A stretch of 64,000 bases of DNA, taken from Gnetum montanum. Its lineage: Eukaryota > Plantae > Gnetophyta. The DNA lies in the NCBI GenBank assembly GCA_015680685.1, contig MNCI01002583.1, positions 1 through 64,000 on the forward strand. Direction: 5' to 3'. Positions 63,501-64,000 of the stretch are shown here, in pieces (within the stretch, counting starts at the first letter, position 1; the number at the start of each line of letters is the position of its first letter). The notes beneath the pieces were generated by a model. That model had not been told where the DNA came from, did not search any database, and saw only the letters and a program-made list of their open reading frames with translations. The position numbers and the translations under genes were made by a program.

Positions 63501-64000
63501 TATATTTAGTAAGCATGGGTAAAGAAATGCCCTTGGGTAATGTTAGGGGCGGAACCAAAGAGCTGATAGGGTCATCATGATAGAAGTCCACTACCTTCAG
63601 TTCTCCGTCGGGGGATGTTTTGAGGCATTTGACCTCATCGGTTAGCTCCTACATGAGTTTTTTAGTGTCAGCCTAGTCTTGGGCACTAGGTGAGATAGCA
63701 GATTGGGGGTGTTGTACAGTATACATGTTAGATTTTTGGGCAGTGGGTTGGAAGGTAGAAAGTTGTGTGGTCAAAGGTTGTACTTGCGGGATATTTATAG
63801 CGGATGGTACTAGGGGTAGTACATTGTAGGCGAGGGGTTGCTGTTACTGTGGTTGTCCTTGAGGGATGTTGGCCGGTGGAATTGTGTGAGGTGGTATGTT
63901 ATAGTAAGGGGGTTGATGTGATTTAGCACCAATTGTTGTCCATTGCATGATCATATTTTGTGTAGGAATCCCCTGAACTTATTGGGTTACAGCGGTGAAA
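60544..64000 (-). pseudogene. gag: gag-protease of element D (5' end off-window)
   Basis: FPMSLAGRALDWYRALPRNSISSLEDFLHQF. FCNYHQHNGHGTDCC nucleocapsid. HVDDGVATNVVP...LILGRPWL protease. Confidence 0.93.

Larger units (their letters stand above)
48932..64000 (-). mobile_element. Element D: divergent, younger Tat/Ogre-type element nested in C; 5' end outside the window
   Basis: gag, PR, 5-kb insert, RT, RH, aRH, INT, 3' UTR and an LTR-like end. Longer intact ORFs and more CpG retained than in B, C and E. Confidence 0.9.

Overview
Gene-free, heavily decayed land-plant heterochromatin made almost entirely of nested Ty3/Gypsy LTR retrotransposons. It contains one complete Athila-type element (A, 1395-14645, minus strand, both LTRs, PBS, PPT, 5-bp TSD, env-like gene) and a second Athila 5' LTR fragment (A2, 19282-20484). 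It also contains four Tat/Ogre-type elements: E (1-1394 plus 14651-19281, minus), B (21419-36842, plus), C (36843-48931, minus) and D (48932 to the window end, minus, CpG-richest and probably youngest). B, C and D show the extra archaeal-type RNase H between RH and INT. Almost all reading frames are broken by stops and frameshifts. Main discovery: in all four Tat elements pol is split between protease and RT by a 3-6 kb intron-like insert that carries an antisense, multi-exon gene. In B, C and D this gene starts with an FCP1/NIF (HAD phosphatase)-like domain lacking its catalytic aspartates and ends in a coiled coil, and in B and C it has its own TATA promoter. The insert ends and the pol 3' end carry arrays of a covarying stem-loop plus TAAACT motif. 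Each family also repeats its own short DNA motif at both of its promoters. All domain calls are by eye from translation, and no database search was run.
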